A stretch of 64,000 bases of DNA. It comes from an uncultured bacterium (GTDB lineage: Bacteria > Verrucomicrobiota > Verrucomicrobiia > Verrucomicrobiales > DEV007). Made by a program: the position numbers and the translations under genes. Under the pieces are notes generated by a model, which saw only the letters and a list, made by a program, of their open reading frames with translations, was not told where the DNA came from and ran no database searches. The stretch is from the NCBI GenBank assembly GCA_963977015.1, contig CAXBMO010000003.1, positions 224,001 through 288,000 on the forward strand. Reading direction: 5' to 3'. Below are positions 47,401 to 52,700 of this stretch, piece by piece. Every line of letters begins with the position of its first letter. The first letter of the stretch is position 1.

Positions 47401-49021
47401 TCCCGGCATCGATCACTTGAGCGCCAGAGGAAGGTGTGTAGGACAAATTGCCAGCGCTGGTCGTGACCACCGGTACTTCGTTGGCACTGCCGACCCAGAC
47501 TTCCACGTTTCGGATTGCGTAGCTACCCGTTCCCGGCCCGAACGTCCAATCCGGGGCACTCCCGCCGCTCGGACCGTATTGGTCCCCAATGCCTGCTCCG
47601 CCGCCACGAGTGATGCCGAAGAGCGTAGTGGCTTGCGTTTTCTCGGGATTGGTGAAGGCAAAAACCTGAAATGAACCGTGTCCGCTGCCGGTGCCGCCTC
47701 CCCCGTCCTTCCAGTCGTAACGGCTGTCGCTGGAGCCATACAATCCACCTCCATTTCCACCGTAGTTGCTCGCCCAAAACTCGATAATGCCGTCCGCGTA
47801 TTCGCCCGCAACCACATTCGGGTGATTGGTCTCGACGTGCAGATTGGTGACCAGGGTGCCCGGCTCCAAAATATTGCTGCCCGCCTTGGGAACGCCAAGC
47901 TTGGTCGGGTCGGTCGCCCCGCCGGACTGGAAATTGGAGACATCCATGGATACCCAGACCCAATAGTCTGTCGCCCCGCCGGATGCGCCTTGCCCCAACT
48001 CGATGAAATAGCCAACCCGGTCGTAGCTGTAGGTGCCGGCGGTGATGTCCGATTGGATGGCTGACGCGTTGTCTTTCGTATACGCGTCCTCAAAATCGAA
48101 CTGACCGTCATCCACCGCATACAACAACCGAACCCCGCTCATCCCGGTATCGCTAACCACTCCCCCCGGAGCGGCCGTCAAGTAATGCGCGTGATCCAGC
48201 GAATGAACCTCCGAGTCCTGAGCCAGGTCCGCCTCAGGGAGTCGACGGACGCCCTCGGACAGCACCTCGTCCATGAGTTCACTTCCGTGGTGGGAAATCC
48301 CGAGAATGTGCCCCTGCTCATGCATCAGTGTGGTGAGCAAATCGATCCGGTTCTCAGACTCGGGTGCCATCGCAACCATCTGAGTGTTCCCGTCGCTCAA
48401 GGCGGAGAATTCTTCGTCATCTAGAGGCGTTTCATCAACGAACCATGCCTTACCTCCAGCGTCGATATCGATCGTGATGACATTCCCCTCTGTCGCGCCG
48501 AGGTAATTTCCGGGCAAATCCACCAGCTGGTATACGACATTAGCCAACGCAAGAGATTGCTCCTCGCTCAGCCCTGTCAGGCGCCAACGTTCCGCAGCGG
48601 CGGCAGCAACCTGTTCCAGTTGTTCAGGCGTCAAAGTTTCAATTGCCGAATCAGCGGACACAACGATTTCGCCTTCCGCCTCTCCTGCCACCTCATCATC
48701 CCCATCGGTCGCCAATTCGCTCTCTTCTGCCAAAACATAAACCTCCGTTTCGAGCAACGCCTCCGAAGTGCTATCGAGTGCTGCCGGTGCCTCTGCCTGA
48801 GATTCCGCCGACGCCTGATTATCAGCTGCGGTATCCGGTGCTTCCTGAGAAGGTTCTGGAGTCGATTCCGATTCTGCGTCCGGCACACCTCCATCCACAG
48901 GAGCGGCAGAGTAAAGAATGCGTGGCTCGAGGTTTTCGAGGAGCATTTTGCCATCGGCAGACTTTTTGGGTTCGGATTTACCACGGCCCAAAAGGCGGTC
49001 CAGGAAGGGGTTATGTTTCAT
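23441..49021 (-). CDS. Giant (8526 aa) LEPR-xLL surface/adhesin-like protein: metzincin motif, beta-helix repeats with inserted PA14-like, LamG-like and malectin-like modules, 4 MAM, C-terminal Ig-like domain
   Basis: Single 25.6-kb ORF. Motifs LENLEPRILYS, HEQGHILGISH, many 'K.G.GTLTL.G.NTY.G.T.V..G.L' repeats, 'SADD/TADD...REGGG' (PA14-like) and MAM motifs. C-terminus shared with its neighbours. Confidence 0.9.
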   Translation of the reverse strand: MKHNPFLDRLLGRGKSEPKKSADGKMLLENLEPRILYSAAPVDGGVPDAESESTPEPSQEAPDTAADNQASAESQAEAPAALDSTSEALLETEVYVLAEESELATDGDDEVAGEAEGEIVVSADSAIETLTPEQLEQVAAAAAERWRLTGLSEEQSLALANVVYQLVDLPGNYLGATEGNVITIDIDAGGKAWFVDETPLDDEEFSALSDGNTQMVAMAPESENRIDLLTTLMHEQGHILGISHHGSELMDEVLSEGVRRLPEADLAQDSEVHSLDHAHYLTAAPGGVVSDTGMSGVRLLYAVDDGQFDFEDAYTKDNASAIQSDITAGTYSYDRVGYFIELGQGASGGATDYWVWVSMDVSNFQSGGATDPTKLGVPKAGSNILEPGTLVTNLHVETNHPNVVAGEYADGIIEFWASNYGGNGGGLYGSSDSRYDWKDGGGGTGSGHGSFQVFAFTNPEKTQATTLFGITRGGGAGIGDQYGPSGGSAPDWTFGPGTGSYAIRNVEVWVGSANEVPVVTTSAGNLSYTPSSGAQVIDAGITVSDGNDANLAGAVVEIVGGGLPEDVLAAGALPVGITLDPSTTQDRIVFTGTASVADYEAALRAVSYVNANGTPETTARQIRFTVTDPEDAEGSGDRLVSFVNPVTSSTYVWDNDLGDGNWSDATNWDQNNGVPDTGTEVAVFRVVDGTVDLGGATITVDEVQFETSGTLTVTNGTLIANTITMSGGGTVDLFVEIDTATDFTLTAGQLNLHNPNNDLTGTVTATTGATFGAVLDASGGAAGNLNVNLDGATFELLPAASTEIQGAMAYLFNGNDTDLPGDSTQLATKILGGEVYFAQESDFLAFWGNELLGLNNSGNPSDPNSFGQTFVGRLTVPVTATTTLFRHTSADDANRIRIDLDGNGTFDSGAEDPYGADRGGTYTTSAIAVTAGQTYNVAIQAREGGGSSRLQPEVSFDNGATWERFDLKTDAVPQGVFNGTVTVSNASVIDLSTGFREATITSLVTTAGATVTTNSADFGQKWTAASVQVQGDATFAGNNAVNVTLGGLMETAAADLSFEGNAVFEFTAANTYSGTTTVTDDATLSLAGPTSLGDGTITVENGGSLIAATGTYTSDIFISGSGNANSEGALTKGTDGNVFWNANVTVVDDAEIRSTGGNEWLFDAGVISIASGKTLTLDADNRLNFRSSASITGDSTTTLQISGTDRVDMEVGIPDFHGTISVGSDGSDGHEVWGRLDVHAANGLGSNVGSVHIRGSEGTLVLRNGRTFEKDFFIEGDGRGTEGAIRNDNNSNTINGSITMTGDASIHVNDVSLTVTGAVTGGFELTKSGAGLLDLHQSNSMSNFLLGGGSVRIHQEDGLGGTTSLGIDSGEALELDFGAIGPVTFDATSTLNALTLNGGKFDLVSGEVLMGETFTLNLGGASELGSGTDARLTIANPLDMGLGSLVFSGDGDFVVTGDIVGDVNTGFVASPSDINGLQAWYDASTLSLNDGDVVTAWADQSGNGRHLVSYTGSPTFETNEINGLPAVRFDANNENLQIDPAVTNKEYFAGDVYLVFRAGDNRTTFGPSWGAPIGVKDGDDNDRMWMLEGNQDRFWGSELPASVTRNGVEIPSASNFDMSATTGNASMGEYMVLQVAAGPNNGTQVREYIVGNRTDAWSNSLFDTAEVIAFDHQLSVNEKLAVEAYLASKYAIAGSFQVPAFSNDITKTGSGTISLSGDNSYTGEVNVEGGTLIVGHDNALGLGSDSVPDAGSDVVNLSSGATIAFSGGVTVTGENISGLDGRDATRSGTIVNLDGDNAFLGNITASTSPSELDLTISSESGTLTLGTAGSHVMDVGFARLNLTGAGNVVVNSDISGETVSGVVSGIRGYVFANNAYGEPGDADQIQEILTSDLLDLNGDADFNAMFSDLNRNDNYAATFIGKLVIPDLNAGAPYDVKFTGITADDGLQIYLDTSGDGAFESGELILNQDGYTTNVPEVTVSIAPGIYDIKLRHREGGGGSNFQPQIDVGDGNGWQILDPGNMQSGVDLVLVTDPIKELIKTGTGTATLAGDNSLYEASYSVTEGTLVAASNTAVGDSSGTTTVADGAVLALDDTLAGSALTIAGETMTLNGNGTGSGALVNIAGNNTIEATTTLVAELASLGEIGIGSLADTLTIAADIDLEFSKLNVYGPGDIVMTGVISGNTGSQDILAPFAGTFTFDNTSTGDTGGWTLASGFLASDRSGEVEAVATSGGTLGGSSGGDAAHPTLRLVSPEFKLDGINNVITFDLHGGDSNGRDIGGADVDNLADLPASSQGQSGFQGLAIRNVATGDYVMSRANVSDGANSDGLTMDLTALYIADPDAIYTAEFVDFFDGGWGWVRLDNVIMPGQELVGTYQPDNSLVQQGGGTLTLTGANTYSGGTTIQSGTLLAANATGSATGTGDVTVETDGVLGGAGVVSGNVIADGGEIDPAGTGVAGVLAMASLTSTASSTFTAELNSGSNDAVVVTDTVNLTDVTLNPITIGGFAAADGVQLTLIDNQSGSAVTGTFTGLADGDEVTSLASGDIKAYISYNGGDGNDVTLSFFDTANPAPVVVDGLDGPTEFAVQVVGNTVQVVKDPNGTPEVIATRPLAAAHIEINGDDGAAGGEGNDTFILDYSDPKLLQARITVNGMDPVAGQGDQLVITNGTFGAVTHNLIAGDSGNLDLDGDGITDLTYTGLEPVDMTGSTVDDLIFNLPAGTDNARLTQNSGTGELTLESTDSPVHFELTTFTAPSGSVTINGGVGDTLTIANDLDLGAATFTVNLPSINLDADVVTTGNQTYNGAVIVDSATGLTAVTVTFSDTVNLNSQILTLDVSGTGVMASSMNGTVNAGGSLVMNGTGDLTISGTMTGNTFTGLINAGSVELVDHTNDLGDLGGSSWTVEAGATLTAHIDGNDSSLGHENVAINLNGGILELDDLNQASGILTTDSFAGAATQDNANGVYDNSGSNDSRLGDFGGGGNDTGDVPIDGFTGRWDTDWNLDGGTGGRTSYVRINSGSLTFTAAPDYTPGTGNSLVNYHKANDNSNLARLMDLGDSDATDEYWFSGLLEAPTVGGGTIFGEFVLNFGSEANLDRSVRLGFDTAGNAILEAADGSSTQTVTGTAFSAATTHLIVGVIDVNRTGDDTITYFLDPTDVTTRAQIAATAAQTLNVTHDVVRSGDTLNQFRFQGHKGGSDNGDQNAGILFDDIRFAGSQGELFGFIAPVAPQVGTVAHDVTMTSDSTISMLSGLPGAVLGDLVVTGGADRTLSVEAADAGQNLEFTNTLMSGAATEEVTISMTGNPQVTLNNVSGDPGFTASGSGTVFLPTANTYTGITTIKAGATIQLGNDAGLGVEGTIDSGTVIESGGTLDINGQRAGATGNEFVQVEGAGVGGQGAIVNTGAGQISAFRNITLTNDATFGAENRWDMRASGGASVFDMAGFNLTKIGASELVIASTDIQNPGDVEITEGIFRIEGAVSFNGTGTITVAGGADLDFWDNNEAQAVNILLQDGGDITVNGSSSGVGPTLNGSVTLVGGTGTILTDERGLIIDGIVTGAGTLRKTGNNTLTLTNSLNDFSGDADVTNGTLLVTVDGALGNTSGATNVSSGGTLEISGAVDLTIAETINIAGLGESGSGALRSSGGDTTIGAAVTVNLTDDATIRSVGGTLTLDTGLDTLDHVLELDGTGDFVVNGIISGLAAGGLEKGGTGTATLTSQNTYLGQTSIDSGTLIVTRDGGLGASGGAGTTVETGSALYFDGGFDYTTLEAITVSGTAEGGTVGNLSGNNSFDGSIQVMSDSDPVVGTFTGGDNGEGLDLLGDFLYAVNVRGTAELPVGDANFTTEGNEPNVTIIANSDVLAWKTPNFGASANDDNLDVIMQSIRHGGSGGATMDVEFNGLTVGEPYKAQLMFYEENANRTFDIYLDGKLLIEEYAAGVSTNVGSVFSYEFIATATSHTFQLGGAGDDNPVLQAVTLEQNTGYAGAIGTAHLTAVAGELTLNGAVNLDISGIDVTGAGNVSIHGDVSGTGPGSTITKLGAGELTLAGNNSYEGETTVSAGTLVASHDNALGSLAGGTTVASGATLALDNQGGAGLTIAEDLTIIGNGVGGTGVIRNDVGSNTLTGTIDVMGVGSLGAGHATIASDADTLTIAGDATFAQLTFDGDGDSVVNGQLMNGFSAEVLLSQNFENFGDGPDGIGASQTLIEGWVNDTTDDVDWVSDKGGTGSGDTGPSVDHTLGTTSGTYMYVEASGASAGGKTARMISPQIDLTGFTAAQLDFFYHMWGNTIGTLSVQASTDDGATWSGDLFSLTGEQQENQAESYLQAIVDLTPFVGSSNVRLQVTNVTGSTYSSDVAVDDFRVTALSAIQHPGEVVKSGTGTLTLTNANTYSGVTTVAEGTLAVANDNALGTLDAGTIVADGAVLALDNTIPATNLTIAENITLGADATNPGVLRNVVGDNTVSGNLFAEASATGEIRIESLADTLTISGDVSLEVAGITIDGDGDTVVSGDILAGTEVVNVYDATVIADDPLIYWRFGDADQSNGATAVNAATQASTLGTAGNGTYLDTSGTIDPAADSPIAGGDAIAIRGDLKEGVGRSFTANFPGTTATFEGWFRGDADPHAGGSYDPALFSYEGSGAGGSGNEFIAIISGNNLDIVANGATSSTSITKGELFNGNWRHLAITFDSSGTGSGSASIYLDGQFKETVTNNSWDADLSSSGQFVAGWEQDGALNNNGQTFQGFVGDMAEVAIYGAALDATTIENHYNQGLVTPVTPNNTLTKDGVGTLTLTGTNTYAGTTTVSVGTLQVDGGSITQTDSVVMEAGILQIINDGNVTVNNAVTNGVGEGQLLVDDGTMTVGNGFDVDDLRVGYETGTATLTVSDGDVAIGDGDGQFLIGYRDDGTPSGDTVGTVDFSGADSVIILVDDVLAGYSADPSRASVGGSKGTLTLSSVGDNTVVADNVRLGYTTSANNQAVRTSLHLGGADNTFNVDTFVVGDLKSPATVDIVSGGTFTLRGNSNAETDLRIGDNNDAPGTGTNPQSSHLDLSGGTFNATLDQLAIGLHNNGSGSGKGELTFEAGTVSANAIVLADTDIGGTSSNDAATQGTINLNGGVLQFGTLSQGGGTSAFNWSAGTIQNLTGQDLTNVDVDINLVGTGTQIILIDAGQSGEFQTAAEIIGGTAGGTLVKNGAGSLTLQGASTYVSATDVEAGILLADNAAGSATGSGNVTVRNAGTTLGGDGAVAGTVTSVGGTVSPELGLAEDLGTGSLTLDSASTLTFQINGLTPGVNAGYDQLDVTGTVDLNSDAGTGATLNLTLNPGVNPGDGAIFVLIDNDGDGTTPGDTVSGAFAGLPNGAALTLNDGTNDYVFTIHYDKETAESDTNGNNVVLVSHGIAETSVELVSNGSTLDLVITDINQESADQIDVSVQTIDTVDYYVIKDTNSPSLSMSTSIAAADVNRVSENEIHVRVSPVTGGLIVNSDFTGDVGDNGTDSFTFSGPAPITFAGDVTIQAETINIGADVTSAGEQTFDGAVTLTSAVTLAGTNITFEGKLDSDSEGTKRALVVNTSGDGVTTFGSTVGGVFDLASLTTNADGSVVLAGSVTTSGSQTYNDAVSLSGNRTLSGGSVNLIGAVTSGGNNLTVSAGTIDIQGGVGGGGGNILLTATSAGIHVGGALTTTGGGTIKLSGIANGSTTGIELDANITTESGDIEILGRSTTGVGVALVGTAISATGSGDIRITGRSSGSADIQLAIDGSSSVITADGAITLNAVSGDANIGGTIDSGAHLLTIGSGKDLNLNDATVTGGNIDLSADNDVNLTSGTSISGPASTTGNVVLLAENFEGFALGSTSPGANDIALDNGWINLHPDTLDFVSDKGGTPSGNTGPSTDHTTGTTSGTYLYMETSSPREGEFAYLLSPEFNLTGEANTAVEFYYHMYGEHIGELVVEGTGDSGTTWTELLSVEGEQGNAWKKATVDLSQFDGASAFQLRLKGVRGDGYQGDIALDDFRFYADSGDLPNGVEDFEDNTAFGQGPTSGTRPQQTFTSDWANVQGDVATDIIDWVPNQGPTDSHVADPGSTGPAVDNTLGTAQGTYVHLETSGSVAGGSDAQMVSPRVDLSNQTTASVEFAYHMLGDHIGTLAVYGSADHGNNWTELFRQTGEVDDQWHTVTNVDASAFAGSSNVVFRIEGIAGGGYQGDIAIDDFRVYGDPLVNTNISITADADGDQNGSGGAITMEDGTSVNAGDGKVTLSADGNIVVSSVATTTTITVASKNGAILDGGDSGTDLTADVLIATAGNGIGAGNQLDTAVNNVGANGGSGGVAISNSGNLTIGETGENLGVTAAGSVVISSTSDLTVAASTVVTGQGIRLNADNDLNVLDGAQITGLNSGVLLQEDFESFTEGSESAGATNIALGNGWINVQGSDQIDWTPDAGGTGSGGTGPGGGQNNGTDHTTGTSTGKYLYIETSDHVQTGDTAELLSPILDLSAMESASLEFYYHMAGVDPEMGSLKVYGSTDGGTNWSDELFSESGNQGNVWHQATVDLSAVLGSPQVVLRFDGIAGTVTAGGGIDPGYRSDIALDDISITAAPLVTLTAGNGALTMADNSAVDGGDSDVSLSADGNITVNSITTTSDVVLTSDSGEIRDRSTTPDITGNTVTFNGDVMPGLGGAGSLEVSGDLTLGAGQILTVDIGGATAGTDYDQIVLTGNGDLSGSTLAVSLGTFIPPTNSVYTIVLNDTASDAVTGRFTNAPNDGDIVTASDGTTKFRVFYSANDGNDVMLVEATPLDTLYVDDSFTQSGGQLIGDADLGTSGSQGAMYGVNAFRTINEALAASSSSATIIVNTGTYAETVALEGTRTLEITGPDIAGAVTIDALSAVSGTSIDIEASSTLTIGNAGDQIIAGTFAGSGNLVKQGTGELTLSGGGSSATGSTTVKAGILAWGATDALPSGTVTVESGATVDLSFLSGSTNTNSSRVYHIEGTGSAGQGALINSVGSLVGSNAAVKGLTLTGDATINTPARLDVGGTIDLSTFSLTKNGGGSLAFRSSVNSPDGSLIVNEGIAYIEQNDMTVGSIVVNDGSSFGVYAYNNSPGRTVTADITLNGNAFLRHGSNGTPSSPNTYAGTILVNGGTATFNNAGFNSNTSDVNFDSVISGSGTIILDGNHAARAIAFNAANTFSGTVEMIDLGTFQLGNELALQNATLDTGTTGTGSLDFTVLTEATFGGLTGSNGILLENATSDAVTLKVGNNDLDTVYSGVLSGTGALAKIGTGTQTLSGANTYSGTTTVTDGSLVVDGGSAAISGTDSISIDNGTLQLLNGGTVAVTNGVTNAAGTGSLQIDAGTMTIGDGLDVDNLRVGVDSLNAALTVNGGTVQIGDGTGILDIGRRNFPVGSNAKGTVNLSAADSVTIDVADIRLGTDASNVFGQGGSAEGDLTLSTLGSNTITATSLLMGFVESGSNLTRVSELHLGGDTNTFNLDTLTVGGRKSVGLIDIVGGGTFTLTGNANSGTDLRIGYNDGAGTGTSPNLSTMDLTGGTFSATLDELVIGLHHSGSGNGKGVLTYTVGTVTANSVVLADPDFGGSSSNDSNTRGTLNFGGGILDLQNGTITEGGGTHLFTFTDGTLKDVDSIGFSVNQQGGIIQIGDDGAIDTMSVDGDFTTTTGATLEISLDGQSGAGVAGGHDQLIVDDMAANGTVDLGNATLDLTLNFIPSRGQTFVILDNDGTSDPIVGTFAGLVDGEVFDLTSTVDGNQYVFQIQYDTEDGTGAGNNVVLTSFGLAETRVSIVGGDLVIDDFNNESADQLDISMANISGENYFVIKDVNSTPLNLTTTIAESDATRVNADEIRVKVSAVSGGLIVNTANPSAAADIDSVTISSPFAIGGDLVINAETINLNSNVTTGGSQDYNGAVQLGGSSSGVTLASSGGGAVDFESTIDGNKGLTVNTSGTTRFGGTIGGSVVLASLSTDAAGTTTIAADVTTTGAMTFGDPVDLVGDVIASSRGGGIIAFQGTVDGGHDLTVSTMGEVRLGANLGAGTALTSLDVTSGTSLNVAVNVTSVGTVVFNTEGDFSFAESATVMATGDVVVNADAGIDANTTGSLVEFRGTVAAASLTINTGDDRDAIVVQPSETTEIFVNGGDPTTLPGDALVVLGPNPQLASTGVGEGTYTFPSAASALKPVHFTGIESDNLVPVLLGVSINDSLVHGVGQGPIGLFPSIRVTQANLVTSATIQIHGGYQPDEDRLSAIALPAGLSQRFDRGSGTLTISAGPGGVSAKAMEQALRAVVYSNKDLSDPTPGARWFVVEVQDGTDQSNALQVSVVQQGKTKSAAATATDGATATTPGSNAAGQQGENADFNALQILLNGFGDSGVFAGLRLDELPEGASGYRFVNGQLLNPEGQVIDLAAIRSGDSSVLPSLPPVFSLTPFFAGTSAVGAQIVVTISDGAGGFSYTTTVQADAAGNWSASLSGIALEDRTYSITIQEVAPIIAMEEGSSSIFRTGSFRGGVIPGLSTEEELTLGDIYGLIIDATVPEDAINQLQEKL

Positions 49022-49095
49022 GTGTAGACAGGTGCGGATCCTCCAATCACAAAAATTGGCGGAGCAAAGGGGGTTTTGAGAAAATGGGGTGTATT

Positions 49096-49539
49096 TTAGG
49101 CACGAAAAAAGCCTGCATGTGGCTTAGTCGTACATTGCAGGCTGTTCGCTGAATCTTGGTTCCAAAAGGAAAGTGAAAAAGAGGGTTTGCTTCCTCGGGG
49201 CTGAAAATTCCCGCCAAAAAGCAGGGCGTAGCGCCTACGCATTCCGGAAAGAGTTCGCCCAACCGCATCGGCTCGTCGGCGAATCTGGCTGGAAATCGTC
49301 GAAACCCTTCTCTCCACGAAACGGAATTCTCCGATCTCGAAATGAGGCAACCACGAGAAAAAACAGATTGATTGTCCAGGCGCCGGAGCCGTGTCCGTCG
49401 ATTCGCGCTCCGGTGAAGGCTCCGACGAGAAGACTTCTGGCAGATCTCCCACCGCATCCTCATCCACCAACAGGGACCGGTTCGGCACAGGGGCTGCGAA
49501 AACCGTCCAAGTGGATAATTGAGGTGTGGAGATTACCAT
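49096..49539 (-). CDS. Conserved leader ORF (147 aa) upstream of giant gene 2; function unknown
   Basis: Paralog of 22799-23215 (MVIST...LLVDED...ISSQIRRRA...RRYALLFGGNFQP...WN..SANSL.CT), with synonymous-dominated divergence in the core 49198-49296. Confidence 0.75.
   Translation of the reverse strand: MVISTPQLSTWTVFAAPVPNRSLLVDEDAVGDLPEVFSSEPSPERESTDTAPAPGQSICFFSWLPHFEIGEFRFVERRVSTISSQIRRRADAVGRTLSGMRRRYALLFGGNFQPRGSKPSFSLSFWNQDSANSLQCTTKPHAGFFRA
49105..49143 (-). terminator. Intrinsic-terminator-like hairpin in the 5' leader of giant gene 2
   Basis: Minus-strand AGCCUGCA-A-UGU-(11 nt)-ACA-UGCAGGCU followed by UUUUUC; covaries with 22782-22819. Confidence 0.65.
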
Positions 49540-49623
49540 TTCTGTAAGCTTTTATAGCTATCCAGCCTGCCAATTTGGTGAATCTGGCACCGAAGCGCAG
49601 GCATCACGATTGACTAAGGGCAC

Positions 49624-49680
49624 AGTTTAGCGGCAATCCGCCGAATTGCGCAACAGATTAGCTATTATCCTTTTGTATAG
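49624..49680 (-). promoter_or_regulatory. Putative sigma70-like promoter (TTGCGC-N18-TAAACT) with upstream box CTATACAAAAGGATAA
   Basis: Matches 23300-23356 in motif and spacing. Confidence 0.55.
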
Positions 49681-49770
49681 ATGCGCCAGCCAAAACACAG
49701 CTTCCTCAGGAGAACCCAACTACCTAACTTTTCTTAACCATCGCATTGAAATAAGGCGGTTATTTCACCG

Positions 49771-52700
49771 CTATTGCTCCAACTGAAGGATGGCGTCTTC
49801 GGGGTTGGTGGCGTCGATGATCAATCCGTAGATATCCCCCAGGGTCAGCTCTTCCTCCGTGCTCAATCCCGGAATCAAGCCGCCTCGGAAGCTTCCGGCC
49901 CGGAAGATGGACGAACTCCCTCCTTCCATCGCGAATATCGGCGAGACTTCCTGAATCGTAATGCTGTAGACGCGGTCTTCCAACGTCACCCCGGACAGGG
50001 ATGCCGACCAGTTGCCCGCCGCATCGGCTTGAACGGTCGTCGTGTAACTGAAACCACCAGCTCCATCGCTGATCGTCACGACAATCTGAGCGCCCACCGC
50101 TGAGGTGCCGGCGAAGAACGGCGTCAGCGAGAATGCCGGCGGCAAGGTTGGCAACACGCTGGATTCCCCACTCCGGATCGTTGACGGATCAATGACCACT
50201 CCCTCGGGAGTGATCAACTGTCCGTTGAGGAACTGGTAACCGGAACTGCCATCCAGCACCTCATCGAGACGCACCCCGGCAAAGACGCCGGAGTCGCCAA
50301 AGCTGTTCAGAAGGCTCTGCAAATTGCTCAATTCTCCAGCCGCACTTTCTTCCCCGGCAGGAGTCGTTCCCGTTGCCGTCGCCGGTGTATCCCCGGTATT
50401 GGTCCCGGCTGCGGACGCCGGTTTGGTCTTGCCTTCCTGGATCACCGAAACCTGCAGCGCATTGCTTCGGTCGGTGCCGTCTTGAACTTCGACCACGAAC
50501 CACCTCGTTCCCGCGGCCGGATCGCTAACGTCCTTATTGCTGTAGGCCACCGCGCGCAAGGCTTGTTCCATCGCCTTGGACGACACCCCGCCTGGTCCCG
50601 CCGAAATGGTCAGGGTGCCGGAGCTTCGATCGAATCTTTGGCTCAACCCGGCCGGCAAGGCGATCGCAGAAAGGCGGTCCTCGTCCGGCTGATAGCCGCC
50701 GTGAATCTGAATGGTGGCCGATATCACCAAGTTGGCTTGGGTAACCTGGATGTTCGGGAAAAGCGCAATCGGTCCCTGCCCCACCCCGTGGACCAGGCTG
50801 TCACGGATGCTGACACCGAGCAGGACCGGCACCAGATTGTCGGATTCGATGCTGGTGAAGTGAACGGGCAGCAAAGCCGGATTGGCGGCGGGGAAGGTGT
50901 AGTTGCCTTCGCCGGATCCGGTCGAATTAAGCTGGGGGTCGGGCCCCAGAACCACCAGTGCGTCGCCGGGCAACGTCGTCGGATCGAGCCCGTGAACGGT
51001 GATTTCCGTAGTTTCGCTCGGTTGGACGCGGAAGGCGTCTTCTGCAGTGCCGCCGTAGATCGTTACCGCTGCGGCATTGACCGTACCGAGCCAGTTCACG
51101 AAAACTCCGTCTGCTTCCGGGGTGGTGCTGTTACTATGGTCGGCATAGACGGTAATGCTTCCAACCCCGGCATCCAGAGCCGCCGTGCTCAGCAGCGTGA
51201 AATTGCCCGCCGTCGTCAGGATCTGATCGCCGGTCGTGGTGATGTCGACTCCAATGTCCAGGGACGCGCCGCTGGTCACGTTGAGGCCGCCCAGATTCAG
51301 CGCGCTTGCGAAGGTGGTGACGCCGGTGCTGACCGTGGTCAGGTCAAACGCACCGCCGATCGCCTGAGTGGACAGAGTTCCTCCGATTAACGACACATGA
51401 TCCGTCAACGTGATGGCGCCGCCGTAAGTTTGCGCCCCGGATGTGGCCACATTTCCTCCCAGCTCGCTTACGCCGGTCACGTCGACCGAAGCGGCGCTGA
51501 TCGTCGATTCACTATCAATCCGGTCGGCGCGAAGAACGCCCACTCCACTGATTGCTTCTGCAACGCCGGCGCCTCCGCTCAAGGTCAGGTTGTTCCCGCT
51601 ACCGGCTACCGTGTTCGCAAAGTCGACTCCTTCACCGTCCGAATCGGTATCCACAGCCGTCAGGGACACATTCGCAGTCAGGGTAACCGGTCCGTTGAAC
51701 TCCTGTTCGCCTCCGGTCATCAGATTGGCGCCAAGGTTGATGCTGCCGGCATTCACCGTCAATCTCCCGGCCAAGCTCGAAGCCGCGGTGAAATCGACTC
51801 GATCCGCCGAAACCACCTCCAGATCATTGAACACACCGCTGTCCAGGGTGCCGGCGGTGAGCGTCACACTGTCGCCCGCTCCGCGAAAGACAATGTCGTG
51901 CTTCCCATCGGGATTGGCGTCTCCGCTGTCGTTGTCGACCCCCGCTCCGTTGGTCAAAACCGAATTCGCGATGCTTCGAAGTAGCGTGCCGTTCACGCTG
52001 ATCTCCAGGTTCCCGCAGTTCATCACAATACTGGCCGTATCCGGTGAAAACGAAGCCGGGTCGCCGCCAAATCCCGGAGGGAACACCTTGTCCGTTTCGA
52101 TCTCGATTGCCCCTTTACCGCTCACGGTGATTGACACCGTTGCAGTATGGGTTGCCGATTCATCGTCACTGATGGTGTAGGTGAAGGTGTCGACAATGGT
52201 TTCCCCCTCGGCGAGGGTCTGGAGGTAGGCTGATTCCCGAGGGTCGTAGCTGAAGCCGCCATCCGGATCGACTGAAACCGCCGCGCCGTACTGGCTGAGC
52301 GGGTCAAAGTCTGAAACCAGAACATTCGTTCCGACCACGTCCCCGGCATCCGCGTCGGAGTCATTCGCCAGCAACCCTTCGGCCACCGAAACGGTCAACT
52401 TGGTGTCTTCGTCGGTTGCTCCACTGTCGTTGGCCGCCACGGGGTCGTCATTCCTTCCCTGGACTTCGATCGTCAGTATACCCGTATCTTCGGCCCCGGC
52501 CTGATACCCATTGATCACCAGATTATCCAAACGACTAATGTAGCCTGAGACTCCCGAATTATCCGACCAGGTGAACCGGAACGTGACCGGAGATGAGACG
52601 TCCCGGAACTCATCGCCTAGCTCCAACTCATAGGCGGGATAGTTGATGAAGGAATCGTTTCGCGTTGTCGGGTTGAATGAGCCTAACACTGGATTGCTAC

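Noticed and set aside
49747-49771. Short inverted repeats after the gene 3 stop (TGAAATAA/TTATTTCA; GCGGT/ACCGC)
   Set aside because: Weak stems with no clear U-tract; not enough to call a terminator.
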